A stretch of 64,000 bases of DNA from Perkinsela sp. CCAP 1560/9 (Eukaryota > Protista > Euglenozoa: Kinetoplastea), in contig CBFFSA010000043.1 of the NCBI GenBank assembly GCA_965644495.1, positions 1 to 64,000 of the forward strand, in the 5' to 3' direction. Of this stretch, positions 1 through 11,766 are shown piece after piece; within the stretch, counting starts at the first letter, position 1, and each line of letters begins with the position of its first letter. The notes beneath the pieces are model-generated. The model saw only the letters and a program-made list of their open reading frames with translations. It was not told where the DNA came from and did not search any database. Both the position numbers and the translations under genes were made by a program.

Positions 1-1307
<1,307 letters not shown>

Positions 1308-1360
1308 CTTATTGTAAGACCTTTCTAGGTAACGAGAAGTTTCTTATGACGCCGCACGAA

Positions 1361-1396
1361 TACTAACGATAAAGATACAGTTTCTGTACCTTGTTG
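1361..1396 (+). other. SL (mini-exon)-like sequence heading a retroelement
   Basis: TACTAACGATAAAGATACAGTTTCTGTACCTTGTTG shares ACTAACG, GATACAGTTTCTGTAC and the terminal TTG with kinetoplastid SL exons. It is followed by element 5' UTR, not an SL intron. Confidence 0.9.
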
Positions 1397-1430
1397 TCAT
1401 ATTGTTTGTTGTACTCTTACTCTTTTTGTG

Positions 1431-2882
1431 ATGGGCATGTTCACTCGGAGCCGAGCGAAAGATACTGGAGTAGCTCCAGTTGTCCAGCCTCTGCCAACGA
1501 CCCGCCGCAGGAAGAAACCTACGGAGGAACGGCCTCGGCCGGCACCGTCTGAATCGCGAGCAACTGGACCGCCGCCGCTTGAACTTTCGGAGCCGCCGCC
1601 GCCGTCACCGCAGTCGCTGCCGAGCGATCGACACAAGAAATCTCCTGAGGGTCCGTCTGCGACAACATTGCCGCGATCACAACTATTGCCTCCGTCGCAA
1701 AAGTCTCCGTCGCAACCGCGATCGTCTCCGACAGCACCGCAAGCGCAAACGTCGGAATCGCCAGCACCGCCGCGATCGCCCCCGTCGCAAAGTCCTGCGA
1801 AGCGATCGCAACCGCCTCCGCAGCGGCAACCTCAACCGTCCCCGCCGCGACCGTCTACGCCACAACCGTCCCCGTCTACGCCGCAACCATCTCCGCCGCA
1901 ACCGCGACCGTTTCCGCCCCAAGCATCTTCGTCGCAAGAGCTACCGGCCCCGTTACCGCTACCGCTACCGAAACCGACAAACACACAGCACTCCGAGCGG
2001 TTGCGAGCGACCCTGCAGAAAAAGAGGGCTTTCGTTTTCCCTCCACAAAAGACTCCTTTGCCGCCACCACGGAATTCCCCATCTTCGAAATCCCCGACAT
2101 CGTCGACGCCGCCACCCTCATCAGAATCTTGCATTCGCTGATCGCAGAGCGATAAAAAAAGCCACACGCCTTGTGCTCGAGGGGTCGATCTCAAAAGCGG
2201 CAAAAGTTCTGGATCAGGTCACGGTAATCAACAAATTATCTGATAAAGAAACATTTGCCAAACTCCAAAAACTGCACCCTGCGGCTCCTTGCGTTTTCGA
2301 ATTACCAGCAGACGCGACACAGACAGCGATCATAACAACGGAAGAACTCCGCGAGGCAGGTCGTCGATTGGCCAAGGGCGCGGCACCCGGTCCATCTGGG
2401 ACAACGGACGGTATAGTCAGACTGTTGCTCGACGATCAAATCTGTTGCACAGCTCTGTGTCACATGTTACTGGATGTTGTAAATGGAGCGATCTCGAAAG
2501 ACGTGATGGACAGGTTGAAGAGGGCAAGGTTAGTCGCCATACCGAAAGCAAATGGAAGGGACGTGCGTCCGGTTGCTGTTGGGGAGATTTTTCTAAAATT
2601 AGCAGAGATCGTCTTGTTGCAAAAATATGAACATTGTCTGCCGCCGATTTTTGCTCCGTGGCAATTCGGAGTGGCAACTAAATCAGGATGTGAAACAGTA
2701 GTACACCGCCTACATAAACTCTATCAGGAAGGACAATCAATCCTAACAATGGACATCAGCAATGCATTCAACACTCCTTGGAGGCAAGACATCGCGAACG
2801 CACTCTTCGCGTTCTCTAGTTTGCGACCGTTCTGGAGGCTTTTTCACGCTCAATATGCCGAGCCGTCGGAGCTGCTGTATTT
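1431..2882 (+). pseudogene. CRE family-1 retrotransposon, 5' half (Pro-rich N-terminus, then RT N-terminal part); continues at 31548
   Basis: Starts MGMFTRSRAK. From about 2130 in another frame: RAIKKATRL, GAAPGPSG, RPVAVGE, QFGV, DISNAFN, ending ELLYF. The middle region seen in the 21352 copy is missing. Confidence 0.9.
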
Positions 2883-3081
2883 TAGAAGTCTACGCATGGA
2901 AATTTAACCGAGGGGCTAATATCGGGTCAAATGCCCCGGAAGGGGGTTATAATTTTCATTGTTCTTTTCCCCGAAAGGGGGTTGTAATTGAATCATGTAT
3001 AAAAGCTACAATATGTATTCTGAAAATTTACATATTTACTGATTACTTACTTGTAGAATCTTTTTCCTTTACGCGTTTTTT

Positions 3082-3466
3082 GTGGGGGAGGGGGACAAAG
3101 ACCACACGCCTAAACCCTTTTCGACCACACCTTTACGCCATTGTAACTGGGCCAGGAACGCCAGAACTCGCGCAGCATATCCAAAGCATGAACCCCGGGC
3201 AACGACTCTGTTACACGACAGTCCGCGAGATGGACCATCAAATACGATCAATACTCGGTCAGGGGTACGGGACGCACTCTATCAAAAGGGGGGCAATCAC
3301 TCATCTGTTTCACGAAATCTCTCTCGGAAATTTGCGCATGCAGGAGGTTCAAAACCTAACAAAACACCAGAACATAGAATCACTGCTCAGATACAATGCA
3401 AACAGTGTTACAACGGCACGGGCCCTCGGGACACAACGAGTGTCTGCACTCCTTCCGGTACTTTAA
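3082..3466 (+). pseudogene. C-terminal half of the tyrosine recombinase of YR element 1
   Basis: WGRGTKTT...YGTHSIKRGA...LTKH...LLRY (K, HxxR, H and Y catalytic motifs); paralog of 4089-4949. Confidence 0.9.
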
Positions 3467-3908
3467 CAACCTCTCATGTTACAAAGTGTTTTCACGAAGT
3501 CCCCTATCTCCGTAGGCACTCCGTTATATGTGCCCGCCGTAGCTCGCGGCTCGCTAGACCGAAGGATATGAGTCTACCCCTCCATGTGAAAAAGTCAATC
3601 CCGGTGATTAAATTGGACAAAGTGAAGGAATGGTTAAATCCTGCGGCAGCCACACGTTTTCGCAAGGTACTAAATGAACTTTTATGGGTTCCTACAGGCC
3701 CGTACCCCGAGCCTTCGGTACGTGGTTCTTTGCCCGAGGAAGACATACGTCTACTTGAGGGCGCCGGCGTTATAAGCAAGGTTTCGGGGAAGGACCTACT
3801 CAAAAGACCATCCATGCAATATATGATCCCCTTTACAGTGGTTGAAACCGACGATGAAGGTAATCAACGCCGCAGGTTTATATCCTGGACACGAGATGAC
3901 AACAACAG
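3463..3908 (+). pseudogene. N-terminal part of the RT ORF of YR element 1 (resumes at 29559)
   Basis: Matches the 4085-6634 protein (CFHEVPYLRRHS...RRRFISWTRDDN). Confidence 0.9.
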
Positions 3909-4084
3909 TAATAGTCCACGTTTTGAAATTTAGCCGAGGGGCTGTTATGTATTTGCCTGCTGGCCCTTAGGGGCACATAGTTTCTTCGAATTATGATTTG
4001 TATTCCGAATTTTACATGGGCTGGGTATTTACTATTATCTTATATATCCTTGTTAGGTTGTTATTTACTTCGCTTTAAGTTTTT

Positions 4085-6634
4085 GTGAATGCCCCCCGAG
4101 GACCCGCGCGCCACCCAGATGAACGAGGCGCTCCAGCCCATGTGGGCAACGGCCACGTGGGCCACAAGGGAGCGACTGTGGTTCCGCCTGCGCGAGTATT
4201 GCCAGGCGAAGGGAATCACCGCGAATCCTGCAAACGCGGTGCTCTTCCTGGAGACTCTGCCTCTCGCTACCTCGACGCGCATGGGGTACGCAGGGGCATT
4301 GAGGACTCTGTTCGAGCTCATGGGAATCGAAGGTACCCCATTGAGTCTCTACGTAAAGGCCCTGCAGGCGCAGGGGGGGCTAGAACCCACGCGGCAGATG
4401 CTACCAATCACGCCACTTCTTCTAAAGAAGCTGAGACGTCATCTCGACGTAAAGGAGAGCATGTGTTGCCTCCTGTGTTGGAAAGCCGCTGCGAGATGGA
4501 CCGAGACCGCCGACCTGAGGCGGGAGCAGTTCGTGAGTGTGGCCAGTCACGAGGTAATCATCTATTGGGGCAGGGGGACCAAGACAACCCGTCTGAATCC
4601 TTACCGGCCGTACCTCTACGCGATAGTGACTGGACCGGGGACACCCGAACTGGCTCAGTTTGTGGGAAGTTTGAGACCAGGCCAGCGCCTGTGTTACACG
4701 ACGGTCCGGGAGATGGACCACAGGATGAATCAACTTCTCGGTCCGGGGTATGGAACACATTCCATAAAAAGAGGTGCAATTACTTACCTATTCCACGAGA
4801 TCTCCCTCGGGAATCTCAGGATGGAGGACGTCCAGAACCTCACGAAGCACCTCAACGTCGAATCACTGTTGCGCTACAACGCAAGCAGTATTACAACGGC
4901 AAGGGCTCTCGGGACGCAGAGAGTCTCAGCACGTCTCCCAGTGCTGTAACCTCGGAGCACGTGGCAAAGTGCTTCGAGGAAGTGCCTTACCTTCGCAGGC
5001 ACTCCGTTGTTTGTGCACGCCGCTCTTCACGGCTAGCCAAGGCACACGACGCACACCTACCTTTGCACGTTAAGAAGTCGATACCTGTTATCCATTTGGA
5101 TCAGGTTAAGGAGTGGATGAGTATGTCAGCTGCCACTCGTTTTCGCAAGGTAGTGGATGAATTATTATGGGTACCTAAAGCCCCGTACCCCGAACCTAGT
5201 GTGAAAGGTTCATTGCCTGAGGCGGACGTCCGATTGTTGGAGGACGCAGGCATAATCTCTAAGGTCCCGGCGCAGGAGTTGAGAAAGCGCCCATCGATGC
5301 AGTTCATGATTCCCTTCACGGTTGTGGAGACCGATGATGAGGGCAATCAGCGCAGAAGATTTATTTCATGGACAAGGGACGATAACGATAGATTAAAATC
5401 ATATGAACCAAAGGTCCCATTATATCATCCCTCCAAGTATCTTCATAAGGCGCACGAGCCGATGGCTGTGAAGCGGGACTTCACATGCGGGTTTTACCAG
5501 ATTGGTATCCCGAAGAGGGCGCGGCCCAAATTCCGCCTTAGAACGACCAGTGGAGACGTGTATGAGATGAACGTCCTCCCGATGGGCCATAGGTGTGCAC
5601 CGGAGGTTATGCACACGGTTACCGCCGCGATTGCTGGCGAGGCGTCGATTTGTTCTCAGCGCTACTCGTTTCACCGAGGCGCTATCGACGTTTATGTTGA
5701 CGGAGTTCGGTTTGCAGGAACCGACTCCGAGGCCACCACGTACGCTCAGTTCATTGACGAGCGTTGCGACAAGGCGAACGGTCTTTTCAAAGATCGGGGT
5801 CAGCCCCCTGTAGCACAGTACGTGTTCAATGGGGTGGCGTTCGACCATAACGCGCATACGGTCTGCCTGGGGCCGCGAGTGATCAGGAAACTGCGAGCCG
5901 ACTCTTTCTTCAACATTTCCTTTGTTGACCTAGAGGCGGTGGTGGGGCGCCTCATTTATGGCTCCGCAGTTCTCCGACTCAATATGCCGCGGTTTTATTT
6001 CGCTTTGAAGGTGGCGCAACGGCGTATCAACTTGTTGAACCGTTGCCCGAAGTTATGTGACCGTCCGGTCGCACTCCCTGTTGTCACTCGCTCCATGCTA
6101 GCAGAGTGGAGAAACGAGTTGTTGGAGAATGTTCCACGGTCTCCACCTCCCCATCCCGATGTTGTTCCACACAAGCATCGTCTCTACACCGATGCCTCGG
6201 TGAAAGGGTGGGGAGCGATTATGTATTTAGACAGCGGAGAGGTTTTGATTACGGGAGAGGCGTGGCCTGAGTCCTCCTCGTATGAGGTGAATCGTGCGGA
6301 AGCTGCAGCAGTCCGCTTAGCCCTCGAGAAGTTTTCCGCGCATTGCCCCCGTGGAACCTGCTTGGATGTTTTTGTTGACAACACCTCCTGTCAGGCTGCA
6401 CTGAACAGGAGGATCTCCAAGTCAGAGGGGGTTTCAATGGAATTGCGCGAAGTCCTGCGACTGACAGAGGAGAAAGGTATTTGTGTCAAGGCAGCGTATA
6501 TATCCACGGATGAGAACCCGGCGGATGCTGTCAGTCGCGGGAAGGAGATTGAGATGGAGAAGGTCGAGAGATACGAAGGTAAGATGGAGAGAGACATTAA
6601 TAAGGTAGGCAGTCATATTCAGAGAAAGCCCTAA
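4085..6634 (+). CDS. Reverse transcriptase-RNase H of YR retrotransposon 2 (frame overlaps the YR ORF)
   Basis: RT: KRDFTCGFYQI, LPMG, YVDG. RNase H: YTDAS..GWG, NRAE, VDN, NPADAVSR. True start uncertain. Confidence 0.9.
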   Translation: MNAPRGPARHPDERGAPAHVGNGHVGHKGATVVPPARVLPGEGNHRESCKRGALPGDSASRYLDAHGVRRGIEDSVRAHGNRRYPIESLRKGPAGAGGARTHAADATNHATSSKEAETSSRRKGEHVLPPVLESRCEMDRDRRPEAGAVRECGQSRGNHLLGQGDQDNPSESLPAVPLRDSDWTGDTRTGSVCGKFETRPAPVLHDGPGDGPQDESTSRSGVWNTFHKKRCNYLPIPRDLPRESQDGGRPEPHEAPQRRITVALQRKQYYNGKGSRDAESLSTSPSAVTSEHVAKCFEEVPYLRRHSVVCARRSSRLAKAHDAHLPLHVKKSIPVIHLDQVKEWMSMSAATRFRKVVDELLWVPKAPYPEPSVKGSLPEADVRLLEDAGIISKVPAQELRKRPSMQFMIPFTVVETDDEGNQRRRFISWTRDDNDRLKSYEPKVPLYHPSKYLHKAHEPMAVKRDFTCGFYQIGIPKRARPKFRLRTTSGDVYEMNVLPMGHRCAPEVMHTVTAAIAGEASICSQRYSFHRGAIDVYVDGVRFAGTDSEATTYAQFIDERCDKANGLFKDRGQPPVAQYVFNGVAFDHNAHTVCLGPRVIRKLRADSFFNISFVDLEAVVGRLIYGSAVLRLNMPRFYFALKVAQRRINLLNRCPKLCDRPVALPVVTRSMLAEWRNELLENVPRSPPPHPDVVPHKHRLYTDASVKGWGAIMYLDSGEVLITGEAWPESSSYEVNRAEAAAVRLALEKFSAHCPRGTCLDVFVDNTSCQAALNRRISKSEGVSMELREVLRLTEEKGICVKAAYISTDENPADAVSRGKEIEMEKVERYEGKMERDINKVGSHIQRKP
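4089..4949 (+). CDS. Tyrosine recombinase (DIRS/VIPER/TATE type), possibly 5'-truncated
   Basis: AARW (R), GTKT (K), HSIKRG (HxxR), TKH (H), LLRY (Y). Confidence 0.9.
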   Translation: MPPEDPRATQMNEALQPMWATATWATRERLWFRLREYCQAKGITANPANAVLFLETLPLATSTRMGYAGALRTLFELMGIEGTPLSLYVKALQAQGGLEPTRQMLPITPLLLKKLRRHLDVKESMCCLLCWKAAARWTETADLRREQFVSVASHEVIIYWGRGTKTTRLNPYRPYLYAIVTGPGTPELAQFVGSLRPGQRLCYTTVREMDHRMNQLLGPGYGTHSIKRGAITYLFHEISLGNLRMEDVQNLTKHLNVESLLRYNASSITTARALGTQRVSARLPVL

Positions 6635-6752
6635 GGGACAGGATCACCAAATACAAAAAAAAAAACAAAGACAAGAAAAAAAGAAAAAAAACAAAGACAA
6701 GAAAAAAAGAAAAAAAAACAAAGACAAAAAAAAAAAAAAAAAACTTACTTTT

Positions 6753-7393
6753 CTTTAACGATAAAGATACAGTTTCTGTACCTTGTTGAATTATTTCCCC
6801 TTTTCTTCCATACACCATCTTCCAGACCATGGGAGGGCACCCCCCTCAAATACACTCCTTTTCGTCGGCATCCCCCCTCCCCGTCTCGTCCCATCACCCC
6901 CCTGCGCCGCATCCCCCCACCTCACCCTCCCTCCGCAGTGCGCTTGCCCCCCTGTTGTCTTTCTCTCTCGCGTCCCCCACCCCCGTGTCAGCAGCCAGAA
7001 GTATACAAATACTTGCTCACGGGGTGGGGGCAGAGTTCCTGGCAGATGGGCCCGTGCTTCGCCTCCTCTCGCCCCTGCGTCAGTCGCCCCGTGTCTCTCT
7101 TCGCGCTCTTCTCCCTCGGCGTGACGACGTCTTTGTGTTTCGTGGCCTCCACGTCTCCCACCCTCGTACGGCAACTCAAAGTATCTTATACTGCTAACGG
7201 GGTGGGAGCGGAGGTGCAGGACCATACGGGCCTGGGTGCATGCGGATCGGTGAGTGGGGTAGGGAGTGAGGGAAGGGAAGTACGAGAGGGCTAAGAAGAG
7301 TAGGTGTGGAAAGTATGGGGAGTAAGGGAAAGTGAAGGGCCGTAAGTGTGGAAATTGTGGAAAAGTTAAAAATAAAAATAAAAAAAAAAAAAA
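6753..7393 (+). mobile_element. SL-headed non-coding retroposon (SINE-like), copy 1
   Basis: SL at 6753-6788, a C-rich then G-rich ~600-nt body and an A-tail. Near-identical copies at 20825 and 28423. Confidence 0.85.
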
Positions 7394-7394
7394 T

Positions 7395-10300
7395 CTTTAA
7401 CGATAAAGATACAGTTTCTGTACCTTGTTGATTTATTTTCTTAATCTTTCTCACGTTCCATGGTTCTAACTCGCTCTAAAGCAAAACAGGAATCCAACTT
7501 TGATCGCGAAGCGGGCGCGCACAAGCTCGGTTCATGGGACCAGTTTCAGGCAAACAAAGACCTGGTTAAAGGCGCTAGCACATACAAGGAAGAGCTGTAC
7601 ACGACACCACTTCCGCCGGATCCTTCATCAGAATTAGAACAACGGGCCGAAGACATTGCCCTCAGCATTACGAACTCCATCGAAGGCGTGACACCAGACA
7701 CAGGGCGTCAGCAAACGAGCTCGGAAGAAGAATTATTTTCCAGCGTCCGTCCCACCGAGAATTCCGTTTTCCAGTTCGAAGGGGCCGCTCCTTCTTCACT
7801 CAGCCAATCGAAATCTACAAACAAGGCTGTGAAGGAGAAATGCGAGCGCCACAACCGGGGGATCGCTCGTACCGAATACAATTATGACGACGACAAATTA
7901 ATTTTCCCCGACCTGACGCCTCAAGACCTCGACTTTTCGTTGAGCGGTGGAACCAAAGTAAGGAAAAAGAAAAAGCGCCCTAAAGGGATCTCACTTTCCC
8001 AGCTACATACCCAGTTATGCACCGAGTCTGGGGGCGACAGTGATGACCGTGACTCCACAGATGCGTCAACAAGTGTTCACAGCTCTCCGGCTGAATCACC
8101 CCTGAAGAAGTTAACCCCGAAAACGGCTGTAGGCAAACGTAAACGTCCCCAGCAGGTGTCGAAAACTACCTCCCCTGACGCCCCCAAAGCTGAAACAATG
8201 AACAATGCCCCCGAACCGACCCCAACCCAAAACTGTGCGATAGAAAAAACACACACCACGCATGAAAATACGCGAAAATGTCCCTTCGAGGGATGTGCTT
8301 GGAAAACAGGGCCCCACGGGGGCCAATGGCAGGCATTCCACAACCACGTAGCAAACAGACACGGTGATGAGGTCCCAGACGAGTGGTGGAAAGACGAAGG
8401 ACGTTTTAGGTGTCATGATTGCAATAAACATTATGATCAAGGCAAACGGGAAACCCACGACAAGATCTGCATGTTCCGCCATTCCTCTCCTCAAAGCCGT
8501 CCGTCGCCCTAGACGAGCAGTGCCGATCCTGTTCTAAGCCCCAATGTGGACTCGAATGCTCTGCCTTCCCTTAACTCTCCTTCCACACCCTCTCATCAAA
8601 GCGTAGTAAGCGAAAACGTGAAAGTCTCCGACACACCCCTTCCGAGTTTATCCTCTATCAGTGCGCTACTTATTAACACTTGCAAGGACATCCCCAACAG
8701 TTGCCGACAAGAATGGGCTAAAGCACTCTGCTGTTGCTTATCCACAGCAGCGAGAGAGAACACGCTCGAGGCATGGACACTCCTCGCCATGCTGCCCAAA
8801 TGCGTCCTACCCGCCCCTCATCGCGGAGGTAACCGCGCAAAAGCCTCTTACGCCTCCCATGTAAAGAAGTGCCTCGCGAGATGGTCCAACAAAGATTTCC
8901 TGGCGCTTTGGAAAGAAGCTGTCTCGAGTGTATCACGCAAAAAGAAAAATGTACCACAAGCGCTTACCATAGACGAAGAAGTAAAGAAAGCGGCTTTACG
9001 GGCAGAACGGCTTGTCCGCGACGCGGAGCTCTCCCGCGCCATGACAGCATTAACTTCGGAACCACTTGCCCCTGACGACGACGCCACCTACTCGAAGCTC
9101 CAGGCAAAGCATCCTCAGAGACTTGACAGCACTTTCAACGTGGCAAGCCCTTCAGCGCCGGAAGCAAAACCGCTTGAAGCAACGGAAGACGAAGTAGCCG
9201 AGGCCCTAGCGACTTTCCACCGAGGGTCCTCGGGAGGGGCCTTCGGTATGCGGCCGGAGCACGTTCAGGCCGCGATGCAGTACCATCACGACGCGTACAC
9301 CGATCCTCTGGGCACGCTTACGAAGTTTACCAATCACTTGCTCGCAGGAAAAGCACCGTTGGAGGTCAAACATTATTTTGCGGGTGGTCGGTTATGCGCC
9401 CTGAAAAAGGGTGAACACGATGTTCGTCCAATTGCTGCCGGAGAAACCCTTCGCCGCTTGGCAAGCAAAGTTGCCTGCCTCTCCGCAAAATTCAAGGCCC
9501 GAAAACTCTTCAGAGAGCACCAGTACGGCGTAGCCACACCTGCTGGAGCCGAGCGCATCATCCACCTCTGTCGGAAGACCTTCGCCGAACATATTGAGGA
9601 TGACGACTTCCTGCTATGCAAAGTCGACCTCAAAAACGCTTTCAATAACGTCTCACGGGATTTCTTTGTGGCCCTAACACGCCAGCATTTCCCTGAGCTG
9701 GGTGCGTACGTGGAGTGGTGTTACAACACTCAAAGCATTCTGACCTTTGGCTCACGCTTTATCGAATCATCTGAAGGGGTGCAACAAGGCGACCCCCTGG
9801 GCCCTCTGCTCTTTTCGCTTGTGATGAAAGAAGTTTCCCTACAAATCCACACTGCCGCTCCGAAACTCGCTTTAAACCTGTGGTACTTAGACGACGGGAT
9901 ACTCGCCGGTCCATCCTGCGACGTTCGGCACGCACTGGACGTGATCGCGATGTCCGGCCCGAAATGGGGATTGCATATCAACGTGGCCAAGTGCGAGATC
10001 GCAACACACCCAGCTTCCTCCCATCGTTGCTCACTTTTCCCTGACATCCCCGGTCTGAACACGAATTCGGCAGGAAATTTTCACATTTTGGGGAGTCCAA
10101 TTGGTTCGACAGAATTTTGCCGCGAATTCTTTCTCAAGAACACAATCGACATGGCAGAGGAATCTCTCGAGGCCATAGCTACACTTGAAGATCCCCAGGT
10201 GGCCCTTTCCCTCATACGCCACTGTACTGGTTTCTGTAAAATGGTTTACTCGCTCAGGACTACCCCGACAACGGAACTTCAAGATATCTGCCAACGCTTA

Positions 10301-11765
10301 GATGATGCCGTCCAGCGCACTATTGAACACTTCTTCCGTCCTTTGAGTGATAGGGCGCGACGCCAGGCGCAACGCGAAAAGCGGTACGGGGGGTTGGGCC
10401 TTCGGTCGGCGGGGGAACATTCGAGTGCGGCTTACGTTGCCTCCGTAGCTTTCTCAACGGACAAAGACCGTTGGTACCCAGCGGACGCTGAGGGCTTTGA
10501 CCATGCCGTGCGGGAGGTGAACAGGCGTGCCGGAAAGACGGTGGTCCAACAAGGCGGCAAAATTCCGAAAAGTATGGCTTTGGCGACTGATTCTCCGTAT
10601 ACCGACGCGCAGGAATCCGGAACAGAACTGGTGATTCCCCGACAACGCGACCTTAGCCACGCCATCGCCAACCAGGAATTTAACGAGGCATTTGTGAAAG
10701 CTGACCTTCGCACACGGGCCAGGTGGATATCAGAAACAGGAGAAGGAGCCTCAGCATGGGCTTTCGTGATCCCCTCCAAGAAAACCGGTCTGGCTTTCAC
10801 ACCGACGGAGTTTCGCACCCTCACACGCTGGTGGCTAGGGGACCCAATCTATCCAGCGTCCCGGCCTTGTCCTATGGAAAAATGCACGCTACCGCTAGAT
10901 CCCGAGGGTGACCACGCTCTGGGGTGCAAAAGCGGGCATGGTATAATCGGACGCCACAACGCACTAGCGGCACAGTTTACTTCTGAATGTAAAAAGGCCG
11001 GTTTCACCCCGCGGAGAGAAGTGAGTCTGGGCAACAAGGGTCCTGGGGGCGCCCTCACCAGGCCCGGAGACGTGTTCATCCCTACAATCGGGCTAGGCCA
11101 GTCTCTTGTATTAGACTTCGCCGTCACTCATGTTCAGCAACCAAAGTATACGGACTTAGTCCGTGATGCTAACTGGGTGACGGCGGGGTCTTTTGCGGAA
11201 CGATACGCCACCGAAAACAAAAAGAAGCAAAGAGAGGAAGCAGAGTTTGCACGCCATCGATTTGGAGCGATGGTCGTGGAATCTTATGGAGCGTGGAGTC
11301 CAAGCGCCTTTGCGATCCTCAAGGAGGTTTCCGTCTCTCGTGCGGCATACTCCGGGGGTACCCTTTCGAACGGGGAAGCCTTACACCAATTGGTGACCTC
11401 ACTTAACATCACTCTGATGCGGACACAGGATCGGATGCTGGTACTCCGACTTCCCGCGGCGGTCCCTGACACGGCCCTCCTTGGATATGGGAACGATGAG
11501 TAATTCGGTCCCCCCAATCATTTAACAGCCGCAGGGGGGTGGAGGGTGTTTCTCTGCGAAAGGGGGGGGGGCAAGGGGGGGTACCAAGTCACTAACCGAC
11601 GTGCCGTCACGGGTCTTAGTTTTGGTGCGGGAGTGATTTGATTAGGGGTGGATTTCGGGTAGAATTGTTTGCTAGTTTTTAGTAAAAAAAAAAAAAGTTA
11701 AATTTTCAAATTGCTAATTTGATTGCTTGTTTTCAACTCGTAAAAATAAAAAAATAAAAAAAAAA
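7395..11765 (+). mobile_element. Full-length SL-headed CRE family-2 retrotransposon
   Basis: SL at 7395-7430, single long reading frame, A-tail. Confidence 0.92.
7460..11503 (+). pseudogene. CRE family-2 polyprotein (LsmAD-like, 2 zinc fingers, RT, CCHC-RLE) with one in-frame TAG at 8510-8512
   Basis: ORFs 7460-8512 and 8546-11503 share a frame. Motifs: GVQQGDPLGP, WYLDDG, RHNAL..E..RPGD..LDFAVTH. Confidence 0.92.
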
Positions 11766-11766
11766 C

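Noticed and set aside
6783-7454. Short ORFs across the SINE, and antisense ORFs over RT genes
   Set aside because: They are broken by indels between near-identical copies or are shadows of real ORFs.
8510-8512. Programmed readthrough or stop-codon reassignment (also 32473, 57468, 62827)
   Set aside because: The stops fall at non-homologous positions, two replace a Trp or Leu conserved in paralogs, and paralogs are open. The shared TAG in the last two reflects the tandem duplication.
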